47,472 bases of DNA, taken from Pachysolen tannophilus NRRL Y-2460 (taxonomy: Eukaryota). Made by a program: the position numbers and the translations under genes. The notes beneath the pieces are model-generated. The model did no database searches, had not been told where the DNA came from, and saw nothing but the letters and a program-made list of their open reading frames with translations. The stretch is from positions 557,381 to 604,852 of the forward strand of contig KV454016.1 of NCBI GenBank assembly GCA_001661245.1, read 5' to 3'. Shown piece by piece: positions 21,903-34,288 of this stretch (the first letter of the stretch is position 1; each line of letters begins with the position of its first letter).

Positions 21903-23407
21903 ATGTCTAGTATGGGTACACCGGCCGTTGTCATGGGTAAGTGTTATCTTTATGTTCAATTGATTGAATTGATTTAATTGATTTAATTAATTTAATTGGG
22001 AAAGTGAATATAGTTACTAACATGGTTATTTTTTTTTTGCTTTGATTTACAGACAAGTAAGTTTTTTTTTTTTTTTTATTCTTTTTGTTTTCTTACCGAA
22101 AATTTAGGTTATACTAACTTTTGACTTCTTACAGCGGTACTGGTTTAACAAAATTAGGGTTTGCTGGTAATGATGCTCCGTCGTGGGTTTTCCCAACGGC
22201 GATCTCTACTAGAGTTCCAGGTTCATCTGGTTCTAAATCTTCAGCTCCTTCCAAGCCTTCTATTTTGAGTTCTGCTTCTCTGGCTTCTAAAATTTCTTCG
22301 AATAACGTTTCAATTAAAAGAGGAATGGAAGATTTAGATTTTTATATTGGAGAAGAAGCTATAGAGGCTGCCAAGGGGCCTTCATATTCTTTGAATTATC
22401 CTATAAGACATGGACAGATTGACAATTGGGATCATATGGAAAGATTTTGGGAGAATTCAATTTTTAAATATTTGAAATGTGAACCTGAAGATCACTATTT
22501 TTTATTAACAGAACCACCTTTAAATCCACCTGAAAATAGAGAAAATACTGCTGAAATCATGTTTGAAAGTTTTAGTTGTGCTGGGTTGTATATTGCAGTC
22601 CAGGCTGTTTTAGCTTTAGCAGCTTCATGGACATCCTCAAAAGTTCAAGACAGATCTTTAACTGGTACGGTTATTGATTCTGGTGATGGTGTAACTCACG
22701 TTATTCCAGTTGCTGAAGGTTACGTTATAGGTTCTGCAATTAAAAATATTCCTATTGCAGGTAGGGATATTACATTGTTCATACAGTCATTATTAAGAGA
22801 TAGAGGTGAACCGGATACTTCATTAAGAACAGCAGAAAGAATTAAACAAGAATTTTCGTATGTATGTCCAGATATGGTTAAAGAATTTGGAAAATTTGAT
22901 TCTCAACCAGAAAAATTTGCACAATACATTGTGGAGACAACAAATAGAGCAAAACCATTAACCGTTGATGTAGGTTATGAAAGATTTTTAGCTCCTGAAA
23001 TTTTCTTTAACCCTGAAATTGCATCTTCAGATTTCTTAACTCCTTTACCAGAAGTTGTTGATCAGGTCATCCAAGCTTCTCCAATCGATGTTAGAAAAAA
23101 CTTGTATAGAAATATCGTTCTTAGTGGTGGTTCTACAATGTTTAAAAATTTCGGAAGAAGATTACAATTGGATTTGAAATCTATTGTCAACGAAAGAGTT
23201 CACCAAAGTGAAAGATTAAGCGGCGCCAAATCTTCTGGTGTTGAAGTTCAAGTTATAAGTCACAAAAGACAGAAAAACGCCGTTTGGTTTGGTGGGTCTT
23301 TGTTAGCACAAACAAACGAGTTCAAGAGCTATTGTCATACAAAGCAAGATTACGACGAGTATGGTCCAAACATTGTTAGAAACTTTTCATTATTTAGCGT
23401 TCCATAA
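21903..23407 (+). CDS. ARP3: Actin-related protein 3; three exons (21903-21936, 22053-22056, 22135-23407), 436 aa
   Basis: The spliced N-terminus [26 protein letters not shown] matches Arp3. [20 protein letters not shown] and C-terminal [15 protein letters not shown] are present. Confidence 0.97.
21937..22052 (+). other. ARP3 intron 1 (116 nt)
   Basis: GTAAGT ... TACTAAC (22015-22021) ... CAG. Confidence 0.93.
22057..22134 (+). other. ARP3 intron 2 (78 nt)
   Basis: GTAAGT ... TACTAAC (22112-22118) ... CAG. Confidence 0.93.
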
Positions 23408-23908
23408 ATGTTTTCCTTTTTTTCTTTCTTCTTTCTTCTTCATTTTCACAATTTTGGTTGGGTTTATTTTGTCCTTTTTTCTTATTTTTTTTTTAGAAAA
23501 AATTGTTTACTCTCTCTTTTAAGAGTTCTTCTTTTATCTCTTCCTATAGAACGTTCCTCCCCCTCTTTTTTTTTATGTAATACTGTTATTTTAAAAAAAC
23601 GATTCATAAGTTATCATCATCATCTTCTTTGATTAAATATTAAAAAAATTAAAACCTTTAATTTTGGTCGTTCAAATTGTACTGAATGGTTCAGCTTGAA
23701 AAGTGCCGAAAGCCTGACTGACTATAGAAAAATACTAAAACAAGTTATTTAAGTTATTAAGTTAATATTCAGAAAGTTGATTTGGATCTGTTGATTAGTC
23801 TTTGTTGTTTTGTGGGATATATTGAGAGTTACTTGTTTGTAGGACTTGGAAAAATTGCATTGTATTTGCATTTGTGTGGACATTAATTAAGTAAATAATC
23901 TCCGCGAG

Positions 23909-26900
23909 ATGTCCCAACTACAAGTTCAACAACAGCAGAATCAACAACAATTGTTGGCGGATAATTATGTTATAGAGCAAATATTCAATGGGTTAAAATC
24001 AAAGAATAACTCGATAAGGTTGAAAGCTGCTAGGGAATTGAAGAATCATATTATATCGATTTCTAGAGATTTCACGTCATCAGAACAAATTTCTCGGTAT
24101 AACAATGACATAAATAAGAGAATTTTTGAGTTGATAAATAGTAACTTGTCCAATGATAAGATGGGTGGTATTGCCGCTATCAATGCATTATTGGAATTAA
24201 ATAATGATGATGAATTTATTTCCCAGACAAATAATGCTTCATCTTTGGAAGAAAATACAAATAAGATTACAAGATTTGCAAATTATTTAAGAGTATTGAT
24301 TCCTTCTACTGATCTAGAAGTTATGAAATATGCTGCTGTTACTTTAGGGAAATTAGCTATGCCTGGTGGAACTTTAACGGCTGAATTTGTTGAATTTGAA
24401 ATTAAAAGATCTATTGAGTGGTTGGTTAATGATAAGCAGGATTTAAAGAAACATGCAGCTGTATTGATTATTAGCTCTTTAGCTTATAATTCACCAACGT
24501 TAATATATGGCTACATAAATGATATATTAGGAAATATATGGATTACTCTCAAGGATCCAAAACAAAATATTAGAGAAGATACTGCAATTGCAATGAGAAA
24601 TTGTATTGATTTAATATTTGATAGAGATGCACAATTGAAAAAATATTGGTTTAACAAATTATATAATGAAGCATCACTGGTTTTCAAAGTAACTCTGCAA
24701 GTGAATTCATCTTCATCATCAACTTCTGCAACTGTTGAAGAGATCCATGGTAGTTTATTGTGTTATAGAGAGTTGGTGTCAAGAAATACCTCTCTATTAA
24801 ATGATAAGATTGATGATATTTATGATTCGATAATGAAGTTGAAAGATTATAAAACTGTTATAATAAGAAATGAAGTTGCCGTTATAATTCCAAAACTTGC
24901 CAAATTCAATAGTGGCAAATTCATTGATAAATATCTTCATCGTGTATTACTCTACTATTTATCACAATTGAAGTTGAACAAAGATAGAAACTTCATATTT
25001 ATAAGCATTGGTGATATTGCAATAGAAGTTGAAGGACATATAACTACTTACCTTGATGGTATATTAAACAATATTAGAGAAAGTTTGTCCATTAAAAATC
25101 TCAAAGCTAAAAGAGAAATCGAACCTGCATGTTTTTATTGTTTATCAAAATTATCAATTGCTATAGGGTCATCATTAACAAAGTATTTACAAAGTCATCA
25201 TATTTTAAAATTACTTTTTAAATGTTCAATTAGCGACAATTTCATCAATTTGTTGAAATCATTGATAGAAAACTTGCCTTCTTTAGAACCATTGATTAAC
25301 GATAAATTAATTAATACTGTTAGCTTCTGTCTCAGCGGTTATGAATTCCAACAACCTGGTTCTCCAGAATCAAGAAGGCAAATGAATGCATTATTGGCAA
25401 TGAGATACCGTCAGTCAATGATTGTTAAAGATGGTACTATTTCTAGCTTATCATATAATGGTTCTGCTCTGAGTTTGCTGGATGATTTAAATTCCTCTCT
25501 GACAGATGATGCAGATGTTGCCGTTATCATTCAAGCTTTCAAAATCTTGAGTACTTTTAATTTCAAAGACTACTCATTGACAGAGTTAGTCAGAAGCTGT
25601 ACCATAAAATATATCGATAATGATTCTCCAGAGGTCCGTCTTAGAGCAGCATTGACATCTGCTAATATTTTTATGAGAGATAAGATTTGTTTTCAAACAA
25701 GTGAAAATTCTTTGAGAACTGTGAGCGAAGTTTTAGATAAATTGTTGACCATAGCTATAACAGATTCAATTTCAGACATAAGATTAGAAGTTTTAAAATC
25801 ATTAGGCGAAAACTTTGATCCTCAACTTTCTCAAGCAGATAATGTGAGACTATTATTTATAGCTTTAAATGATGAGAATTTTGAAATAAGAAAAGTCGCA
25901 ATAACAATTATTGGACGATTATCTTCAATAAATCCTGCTTATATAGTGCCCTCTTTGAGGAAAACTTTAATTCAATTGTTAACCAATTTGGAATATGGTG
26001 GACATAATATAAGAAAAAGAGAAGAGAGTGCAATTCTACTATCATTGTTAGTAAGTCATTCCAAGGAGATGACTAGGCCGTATGTTAAGCCAATCCTAGA
26101 TGTGTTGTTACCACAGGCCAAAGACCAAAGCTCTTCAGTATCTTCCAGTGCCATAACTGCAATGGGAGAGTTGTCCGTAGTAGGAGGTGAAGATTTGAAA
26201 CCATTTATCGGAGACTTAATGCCTATAATATTAGAGACATTTCAAGATCAGAGCTCTAGCTTTAAAAGAGACGCGGCATTAAAAACTTTGGGTCAGTTGG
26301 CGAGCTCTTCTGGTTATGTTATTCAGCCATTGCTAGATTATCCGCAGTTATTGGGTATGTTGGTGAATATTTTGAAATCAGAAACATCGCCTATAATAAG
26401 AAGGGAAACAGTTAGATTGTTGGGTATATTGGGTGCCTTAGATCCGTACAAGCATAGAGAAGTAGAAAGAAACAATAAAGATGTTAATTTGACCCAAGTC
26501 GTAGAGCAGAATGCTCCTTCTATTGATGTTGCATTATTAATGCAAGGAATGTCACCATCAAATGAAGAATATTATCCTACAGTTGTTGTCCATACCTTGA
26601 TGAAAATGCTAAAAGATACTTCTTTGGGAGCTCATCATACTGCTGTTATTCAAGCAATTATGTATATTTTCCAAACTTTAGGTTTAAGATGTGTTTCTTT
26701 TTTGAATCAAATTATTCCTGGAATCATAAATGTTATGCATACATGTTCTCCATCTATGTTAGAATTCTATTTCCAACAAATGGGTGTTTTAATTAGCATT
26801 GTAAAGCAGCACATAAGACCATTTTTGGATGATATCTTTCAAGTGATTAAGGAATTTTTTCATTTACCGAACTTACAGGTTACAGTTCTTGGTTTAATTG

Positions 26901-29900
26901 AAAGTATTTCCAGAGCTTTGGAAAGCGAATTCAAGCTTTATTTGTCGGATATTTTAACATTATTATTGGACATTTTTGATAATGATAAATCTGTTTATAG
27001 AAATGCTTCCTTAAGGGTGTTGAAGACTTTTGTTGTTTTTGGAAATAATATCGATCTTTATGTTCATTTGATTGTTCCACAAATAGTCAAAATGTTTGAA
27101 TTTGCTCCAAACAATTTAAGGAAAGCTGCGATCGAAACAGTTGGAAAGATTTCAAGAAATGTGAGCTTGAATGATATGGCGTCAAGAATTATACATCCTT
27201 TATTGCGGGTTTTATCAAGTAACAATAGTGATGAATTACGAAAAGTTTCTATGAATACTATATGCTTATTGTTGTTACAAATGGGCACAGACTTTATGGT
27301 TTTCATCCCAGTCATAAACAAAGTTCTATTGAAACATAAACTTTCTTCGGCTGTTTACGACCAGTTAGTTAATAAATTACTTAATGGTGAACCGCTTCCT
27401 CAAAATTTAATAATAGACAAAGAATTTGAATCGCAGGCACTTGAATCAATGGACATAGAACCATCGGCCAAGAAACTACCTGTTAACCAACAAGTTTTGA
27501 AAAATGTATGGGACGCAAGTCAAAAGAGAACTCGTGAAGATTGGCAGGAGTGGCTCAGAAGACTTAGTGTAGAGTTTTTAAAAGAATCACCTTCTCATGC
27601 TTTGAGAGCTTGCTCTTCATTGGCAGGGGTTTACTATCCTTTGGCTAAAGACTTATTTAATGCTAGTTTTGCAAGTTGCTGGAATGAATTGTATTCCCAG
27701 CATCAAGAAGAGTTGATCCAGTCTTTATGTATTGCTTTGTCGTCTCCCAACAATACCCCGGAAATTCATCAAACATTATTAAATTTAGCCGAATTCATGG
27801 AACATGATGATAAACCATTACCAATTAGAATTCCAACTTTGGGCCAATATGCACAACGTTGTCATGCCTATGCTAAGGCTTTGCATTACAAAGAATTGGA
27901 GTTCATGCAGGAACCTACTACGCCAACCATTGAAACATTGATTAGTATCAACAATCAATTGCAACAAGAGGATGCCGCCATTGGTATATTGAAACATGCT
28001 CAGCAACATCATGATTTGCAATTGAAGGAAACTTGGTTTGAAAAATTAGGTAGATGGGATGACGCCTTGCAGGCATATAGTGAAAGAGAAAAAGAAGACC
28101 CTGATTCAATGGAAATTACCATGGGTAAGATGCGTTGTTTACATGCTTTAGGTGAGTGGGAACAGTTGTCAGAATTAGCTCAAGAAAAATGGTTAAGTTC
28201 TTCTAGTGATGTTAAAAGAACAATTGCACCGTTAGCTGCAGCTGCATCATGGGGATTATACCAATGGGATAGAATGGACAAATATATTAATGTTATGAAG
28301 CTGGAATCTCCGGACAAAGCTTTCTTCAACGCTATTTTAAGTTTGCACAGGAACCACTTTGAAGAGGCTTCAAATCATATTTTAAAAGCAAGAGATTTGT
28401 TGGTTACAGAAATCACTGCCTTGGTAAGTGAATCCTATAATCGTGCCTATAGTGTTATTGTTAGAGTTCAAATGTTAGCTGAGTTAGAAGAAATTATCAA
28501 ATACAAGTGCTACCCACAAGGATCTGAAAAGAGAGCAATCATGAGAAAAACCTGGAACACAAGATTATTAGGTTGTCAAAGGAATGTCGATATTTGGCAA
28601 AGAATGCTTAAAGTTAGAGCATTGGTTGTGAAGCCAAAACAAGATATGGATATGTGGATAAAGTTTGCAAATTTATGCCGTAAAAGTGGAAGATTGGGTT
28701 TAGCAGAAAAATCGTTAAGCTCTTTGCTAGATGAAGGTAGTCCTGAAAATCCTAGACCATCGAAAGCATCACCTCAGGTTGTTTATGCTCAATTGAAATA
28801 TATGTGGTCTACAGGACAACAACGAGAAGCATTGAGCCATTTAGTTGATTTTACATCGAAGTTATCCAGAGATCTTGGTTTGAATGAAAATGAAGCGATT
28901 GCTCAGCCATTACCTTCTGAGGTTCCTGGAGCTCCGAAGCACGTTGAAGAATATACCAAGCTTTTAGCCAGATGTTATCTTAAGCAAGGTGAGTGGAAAG
29001 TGGTGCTAACTAATAATTGGAGAAAGGACGAAGCTGAAGGTATTTTAGGTTCGTATTTATTAGCCACTCATTTTGATGGTAAATGGTACAAAGCATGGCA
29101 TAACTGGGCATTAGCTAATTTTGAAGTCATATCATTACATTCAAGTGAAATTTCTACCAACAGCATAAACGGCGATTTTGAAGATGCTATGTCCTCAGCA
29201 AATGTAGACAGAGGCTTAGATGTTCAACCTGGATTGATTCAACATTATGTAGTTCCAGCTATCAAGGGATTTTTCCATTCAATTTCATTATCAGAAGCAA
29301 ACTCTTTACAGGATACTTTACGTTTATTAACATTGTGGTTCAAGTTTGGTGGAATCCAAGATGCTGCCCAGGCAATTTTAGAAGGCTTTGGAATGGTGAA
29401 GATTGATACCTGGTTAGAAGTTATTCCTCAATTAATTTCAAGAATTCATCAGCCAAATCAAATTGTCAGTACATCACTATTGGGTCTATTGACTGACTTG
29501 GGTAAAGCGCATCCACAGGCTCTTGTGTACCCATTATCTGTTGCTATAAAATCTGATAGTATTTCTAGGCAAAGGGCTGCTTCGACCATCATTGATAAAA
29601 TGAGGATTCATAGTGCTACTTTAGTGGAACAATCCGAGTTGGTAAGTCATGAATTGATTAGAGTTGCTGTCTTATGGCATGAGTTGTGGTATGAAGGTTT
29701 GGAAGATGCTTCAAGGTTATACTTTGGTGAACATAATACAGAAAAGATGTTTACCGTTTTAGAGCCTTTACATAAATTATTAGAAAAAGGTCCAGAGACT
29801 TTACGTGAGGTCTCGTTCCAAAATGCTTTTGGTAGAGATTTAAACGATGCTCGTGAGTGGGTTTTGAACTATAGGAGAACCAAAGATGTTGCAAATTTGA

Positions 29901-31210
29901 ATCAAGCTTGGGATATATATTATAATGTCTTTCGTCGTATTAGTCGTCAATTACCTCAGTTACAAAGTTTGGATTTACATTATGTTTCACCTAAATTATT
30001 AGCTGCAAAAGATTTAGAATTAGCTGTACCAGGTACATATGAGGCAGGTAAACCAATTATTAGAATTATTTGCTTTGACCCAACATTTACTGTTATTTCC
30101 TCTAAACAAAGACCAAGAAAATTAAATTGTAAAGGTAGTGATGGTAAGAATTATCAGTATGCTTTAAAAGGACATGAAGACATTAGACAAGATAGTTTAG
30201 TTATGCAATTATTTGGTTTGGTTAATACCTTGTTACTTAACGATGGTGAGTGTTTTAAGAGACATTTAGATATTCAGCAATTTCCAGCTATACCATTGTC
30301 GCCGAAATCGGGTTTATTGGGATGGGTTCCTAATTCTGATACTTTCCATGTTTTAATTAGAGAATATCGTGAATCAAGAAAGATATTATTAAACATCGAA
30401 CATCGTATAATGCTACAAATGGCACCTGATTATGATAATTTAACATTATTGCAAAAAGTGGAAGTTTTTACTTATGCGTTGGATAACACTAGAGGACAAG
30501 ATTTGTATAAAGTCTTGTGGTTAAAATCAAGATCATCAGAAGCATGGCTTGACCGTCGTACCACCTATACAAGGTCATTGGCAGTTATGTCCATGGTTGG
30601 ATATATTTTAGGACTTGGTGATAGACATCCGTCGAATTTATTAATGGATAGAATTACAGGTAAGGTTGTCCACATTGATTTTGGTGATTGTTTTGAAGCT
30701 GCTATATTGAGAGAAAAATATCCAGAAAAAGTACCTTTCCGTTTAACAAGAATGTTAAGTTATGCAATGGAAGTCAGTGGTATTGAAGGATCATTTAGAA
30801 TTACTTGTGAACAAGTTATGCGTGTTTTGAGAGACAATAAGGAATCATTAATGGCTATCTTGGAAGCATTTGCCTATGATCCTTTGATTAATTGGGGATT
30901 TGATTTTCCAATAAATCAAGTTGCAGAAGCTACAGGTTATACTTTCACTTCTGTTAACCCTGCAGAGTTATTGAGGACGGGGAAAATCACTGAACAAGAG
31001 GCAGCTAAGTTGGAATTGCAGTACAAGGCAGAAATCAGAAATGCAAGAGCAGCTTTAGTTTTAAGAAGAATAACCGATAAGCTAACTGGAAATGATTTTA
31101 AAAGATGCCACGAGTTGGACGTTCCTCAACAAGTGGATAGGTTAATCCAACAAGCTACTTCAGTTGAAAATCTATGTCAGCACTATATAGGTTGGTGTTC
31201 TTTCTGGTGA
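23909..31210 (+). CDS. TOR1: TOR serine/threonine kinase (PIKK), 2433 aa
   Basis: HEAT repeats, FAT, FRB ([18 protein letters not shown]), kinase ([28 protein letters not shown]), FATC ending [11 protein letters not shown]. The TOR1/TOR2 distinction cannot be made from this window. Confidence 0.97.
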   Translation: MSQLQVQQQQNQQQLLADNYVIEQIFNGLKSKNNSIRLKAARELKNHIISISRDFTSSEQISRYNNDINKRIFELINSNLSNDKMGGIAAINALLELNNDDEFISQTNNASSLEENTNKITRFANYLRVLIPSTDLEVMKYAAVTLGKLAMPGGTLTAEFVEFEIKRSIEWLVNDKQDLKKHAAVLIISSLAYNSPTLIYGYINDILGNIWITLKDPKQNIREDTAIAMRNCIDLIFDRDAQLKKYWFNKLYNEASLVFKVTLQVNSSSSSTSATVEEIHGSLLCYRELVSRNTSLLNDKIDDIYDSIMKLKDYKTVIIRNEVAVIIPKLAKFNSGKFIDKYLHRVLLYYLSQLKLNKDRNFIFISIGDIAIEVEGHITTYLDGILNNIRESLSIKNLKAKREIEPACFYCLSKLSIAIGSSLTKYLQSHHILKLLFKCSISDNFINLLKSLIENLPSLEPLINDKLINTVSFCLSGYEFQQPGSPESRRQMNALLAMRYRQSMIVKDGTISSLSYNGSALSLLDDLNSSLTDDADVAVIIQAFKILSTFNFKDYSLTELVRSCTIKYIDNDSPEVRLRAALTSANIFMRDKICFQTSENSLRTVSEVLDKLLTIAITDSISDIRLEVLKSLGENFDPQLSQADNVRLLFIALNDENFEIRKVAITIIGRLSSINPAYIVPSLRKTLIQLLTNLEYGGHNIRKREESAILLSLLVSHSKEMTRPYVKPILDVLLPQAKDQSSSVSSSAITAMGELSVVGGEDLKPFIGDLMPIILETFQDQSSSFKRDAALKTLGQLASSSGYVIQPLLDYPQLLGMLVNILKSETSPIIRRETVRLLGILGALDPYKHREVERNNKDVNLTQVVEQNAPSIDVALLMQGMSPSNEEYYPTVVVHTLMKMLKDTSLGAHHTAVIQAIMYIFQTLGLRCVSFLNQIIPGIINVMHTCSPSMLEFYFQQMGVLISIVKQHIRPFLDDIFQVIKEFFHLPNLQVTVLGLIESISRALESEFKLYLSDILTLLLDIFDNDKSVYRNASLRVLKTFVVFGNNIDLYVHLIVPQIVKMFEFAPNNLRKAAIETVGKISRNVSLNDMASRIIHPLLRVLSSNNSDELRKVSMNTICLLLLQMGTDFMVFIPVINKVLLKHKLSSAVYDQLVNKLLNGEPLPQNLIIDKEFESQALESMDIEPSAKKLPVNQQVLKNVWDASQKRTREDWQEWLRRLSVEFLKESPSHALRACSSLAGVYYPLAKDLFNASFASCWNELYSQHQEELIQSLCIALSSPNNTPEIHQTLLNLAEFMEHDDKPLPIRIPTLGQYAQRCHAYAKALHYKELEFMQEPTTPTIETLISINNQLQQEDAAIGILKHAQQHHDLQLKETWFEKLGRWDDALQAYSEREKEDPDSMEITMGKMRCLHALGEWEQLSELAQEKWLSSSSDVKRTIAPLAAAASWGLYQWDRMDKYINVMKLESPDKAFFNAILSLHRNHFEEASNHILKARDLLVTEITALVSESYNRAYSVIVRVQMLAELEEIIKYKCYPQGSEKRAIMRKTWNTRLLGCQRNVDIWQRMLKVRALVVKPKQDMDMWIKFANLCRKSGRLGLAEKSLSSLLDEGSPENPRPSKASPQVVYAQLKYMWSTGQQREALSHLVDFTSKLSRDLGLNENEAIAQPLPSEVPGAPKHVEEYTKLLARCYLKQGEWKVVLTNNWRKDEAEGILGSYLLATHFDGKWYKAWHNWALANFEVISLHSSEISTNSINGDFEDAMSSANVDRGLDVQPGLIQHYVVPAIKGFFHSISLSEANSLQDTLRLLTLWFKFGGIQDAAQAILEGFGMVKIDTWLEVIPQLISRIHQPNQIVSTSLLGLLTDLGKAHPQALVYPLSVAIKSDSISRQRAASTIIDKMRIHSATLVEQSELVSHELIRVAVLWHELWYEGLEDASRLYFGEHNTEKMFTVLEPLHKLLEKGPETLREVSFQNAFGRDLNDAREWVLNYRRTKDVANLNQAWDIYYNVFRRISRQLPQLQSLDLHYVSPKLLAAKDLELAVPGTYEAGKPIIRIICFDPTFTVISSKQRPRKLNCKGSDGKNYQYALKGHEDIRQDSLVMQLFGLVNTLLLNDGECFKRHLDIQQFPAIPLSPKSGLLGWVPNSDTFHVLIREYRESRKILLNIEHRIMLQMAPDYDNLTLLQKVEVFTYALDNTRGQDLYKVLWLKSRSSEAWLDRRTTYTRSLAVMSMVGYILGLGDRHPSNLLMDRITGKVVHIDFGDCFEAAILREKYPEKVPFRLTRMLSYAMEVSGIEGSFRITCEQVMRVLRDNKESLMAILEAFAYDPLINWGFDFPINQVAEATGYTFTSVNPAELLRTGKITEQEAAKLELQYKAEIRNARAALVLRRITDKLTGNDFKRCHELDVPQQVDRLIQQATSVENLCQHYIGWCSFW

Positions 31211-31347
31211 GAAAAGAATTAAAAACTTTGTATTTATTTAATTTTTTTTTTCTTTTCTTCTTTTAGAAATCCCAATATGTTTATAATTAAATTGATAAAT
31301 GAATTATTTAAATCGAATAAACTATATAGTAGTAACACCATTAAAAC

Positions 31348-31931
31348 TCATAAATTATTTTGAAACTCTTCAAGTAGATTTTCAGCCAGTGCAGCCCATT
31401 TCTCAACTAATTTATGTTTCCCATCCAACAACTCTATATCTTCACTAAAATATTTATGATTTAAAACTTTACTTATAAATAATTCGTCTTTCATTTCTTT
31501 CCAAATCTTATCCACTTTCATGGAAGCTTCTTCGTTTTCACTGTCTTTCAAACAACTCAAGATCCCTATAGTCTTACCAACATCTAATCCGATATTTGCA
31601 CCAACTTTATAACCATCATCAAAACCTCTTTGAGTACTTTTTTCTTATTTTCAGTTAAACCTTCTACATAACCTCTCTTTGCATGTTGCCTTCTAAGTGC
31701 CAAAGTATCAACATGCTCCCCACCTTCCGTCCGCCCAGAATCTCCAAAATTATGATCTTCTTCATTTGCTGCATGAGGTTGAAAATGTTCTTCATCACCA
31801 TCAGATAACCAAACATCTTCCTCTTCTTCAGAAACTGTCTGTACACTGTTTTCCAATTTCTGACGTTTCTGAGCCAAATTGCTCACCAAAGCCAGGCTAT
31901 CCTGCTGTTTATTGCCTTTAGGATATACCAT
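31348..31931 (-). CDS. YAE1: Yae1 (Fe-S assembly adaptor for Rli1), interrupted by a 1-nt frameshift at about 31637-31646
   Basis: DVWLSD..LRRQHAKRGYVEG in one frame continues as STQRGFDDGYKVGANIGLDVGKTIGIL (GX3 repeat) in the -1 frame, through to the stop at 31348. Convergent with TOR as in S. cerevisiae. Start at 31931 preferred over 32030. Confidence 0.85.
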
Positions 31932-32084
31932 CTCAATTCCATTATTCCTCTTCCTTTTACCAATCCTCAAATTAAAAAAAGAACAATTTACCATAATATA
32001 ACCAACCCATCCTTTCATCATCCTCATCATCGTTTCTTATACCGCTAAAAGCTGAAAATTTGCAAAAAAAAGTCTATCATCAGA

Positions 32085-32216
32085 CGGAGAAGTTTGACTT
32101 CTCCGCTTTTTACTTTACTTATCCGCCTAGGAGACCTTATGACCCTTTAAAAATTATCTTCTCCAAAGATCTCCTTTCTGGAGACAGTATGACCCATAAA
32201 AATTTCTCCGTCTCCG
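32085..32216. repeat. 9-bp-arm palindrome plus two ~30-35-bp imperfect direct repeats in the YAE1-WHI2 divergent promoter
   Basis: CGGAGAAGT-ttg-ACTTCTCCG (32085-32105); GGAGACcttATGACCCtttAAAAATTatctTCTCC (32130-32164) and GGAGACagtATGACCCatAAAAATTTCTCC (32180-32209). Confidence 0.75.
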
Positions 32217-32752
32217 GTTTTTAAATTTTTTTTTTTTTTTTTTTTGGACTTTTTAAAAGTCGAGAAATTTTTGGTTTAAACAAGAAGAAAACCACAAAGA
32301 TTTAAATATATTAATTTTAATTGACTCATTAGTTATAGATTTAAATAGATTGAAAATAGTTATTGGTTTATAAAGACCTTGTACTTTGCATCGGTAGGAT
32401 TTGCATTCATTAGATTTTGTTTGTTGTTTTTTTTTTTTTTTTTTTTTTATTTATTTTTATTATTTACAAAAAATTATTTTTATTGTTTCTTTTTTTTTCA
32501 TTTATTTTTTTTTTTTCATTTATTGGTTTTCGGTTTTGATTATTATTATTCATTTCCTATTCCTTTCAAAAATTAATTAAGAGGTGCTGGTAACCTTGAT
32601 TTGTTCTTTGTAAAAAAATTTGAAAGCTTTTTTTGGATTTAGAAAAAATTTTGATTTTATCTTGGAAAAAAAGGACAAGGGTATTTTCAGTTTAAGCGCT
32701 AGGTAATAATATAGTTAATTAGTTTGTTATCTTATCGGTTGAGATCAAAATA

Positions 32753-33892
32753 ATGTCGTTTTCACCAGATAGTATTGTAACACAGGTGTCGCAGGATGCA
32801 CCAGTTTATCAAGGTGATTTAGTGAATGATGAATCTTTGAATGATGACTATAATACGGAAATTAAATTGAATATTAGAGGTGTACCTTTCACAATAACAA
32901 AAGATGAATTAATGGCGTTGCCAGAAAGTATATTGTTGTGTTTGTTTCCAAATGGGGTTTTTGTTGATGTGAATGGGAACATTATAACAAACCTAACTGA
33001 AGATGATGTTGTTTATGTAAATTTTCCTCCAGATTGTTTTAGATACATTGTACAAACTTTTAGTGAAGCTACCGCCGATTTATCACCACAACCTAAAAAT
33101 CATTACTATGATATGAATGATACAGATGTTTTACATGATAAACCATCAATCATAGTGTTGAGAGAAGATTTAGATTATTACTGCATTCCACCTTTCCATG
33201 GTATTAGTTTAGATGATATGAAACAAATTAAATTACGTACAGGTGAATATTTAAATAAAAATCCTCAAATATTTGATGGTCTAGGTTACAAGCCTGGTAA
33301 GACATTAGGAGCAGCTGAACAACATTTGTTAGATATGTTATGTTCTTCTGGGTTTTCTATAGATGGGAAATGGGGTCATAGGTCTATGGAACCTGGGAAA
33401 GCTGTAGTTAGCTCGTTAGCTTTGGTTAGATTAAGGCTGGACGAACCAACACCATCATCTCAAACTTCACCAAATCTTGCACCAACAAGTTCAATTTCAT
33501 CATCAAGGGATCCCCTTCAGCATCAAAATACAAATTCAAGTTCAAACACAAATTCAAATACAAACGCAAATAATACTAATAATACTAATAATACTAGGTC
33601 AAGATCAAGATCTCGTATTGCTACATTAGCAAATGCAGCCGCCAGATCGGCTTCAAGATCGGCTTCAAGGCTTTCAAAGAAAAAAGAAAATACTGTCGCT
33701 ACCAAATTATTGTTATTTTGGAGAAAACCAGCAAGAAAATGTTGGTGGACTAATGAAGAATTCGAAGTAGAACCTTTGAACCTCAAATTAAAGGATCCTT
33801 CAACGGGTAAATACCTAGAAGGAGGTACTAAGATAAAAGTTCATATAAGAAGAGTCTGGACTTTGGAACTTTCTGTCATTGGAGTACAATAG
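32753..33892 (+). CDS. WHI2: Whi2 general stress response / TORC1 regulator (BTB/KCTD-like)
   Basis: IKLNIRG..ELMALPESILLCLFPNG, IIVLREDLDYY, AEQHLLDMLCSSGF, KLLLFWRKPARKCWW, VHIRRVWTLELSVIG. Confidence 0.93.
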   Translation: MSFSPDSIVTQVSQDAPVYQGDLVNDESLNDDYNTEIKLNIRGVPFTITKDELMALPESILLCLFPNGVFVDVNGNIITNLTEDDVVYVNFPPDCFRYIVQTFSEATADLSPQPKNHYYDMNDTDVLHDKPSIIVLREDLDYYCIPPFHGISLDDMKQIKLRTGEYLNKNPQIFDGLGYKPGKTLGAAEQHLLDMLCSSGFSIDGKWGHRSMEPGKAVVSSLALVRLRLDEPTPSSQTSPNLAPTSSISSSRDPLQHQNTNSSSNTNSNTNANNTNNTNNTRSRSRSRIATLANAAARSASRSASRLSKKKENTVATKLLLFWRKPARKCWWTNEEFEVEPLNLKLKDPSTGKYLEGGTKIKVHIRRVWTLELSVIGVQ

Positions 33893-34288
33893 TTTTAGGT
33901 TCTATCTATATTGGTATTAGCTTTAACTTTTGTCTTGTTAATGTTTGATTTTTATATCTTTTTTTCTTTTTTTTTTCTTTCTTTTTTTTTTCCTAATTTT
34001 TTTTATTTTTATTTTATTTGAATTTAATTTCTTCCTCTTCTTCTTCTTTTTATCCATTTAATTTTTATTCATCTTTCATGTTTAAAAAAATTTTATTAAT
34101 ACTTTATTTTGTTCTTAATAGAATGTTTTTGTTCTTTCGACATTATTATTTTCGTTTTATTTGTCAGTCTTATTTATAATATATAGAATTTGGTTTGTAT
34201 ACTGTTTATTCTTTATCTTGCTCAACCATTAAATAGTCATCCATAAATAATATAAATATATATATATATATTTAATATACAAAATAAG

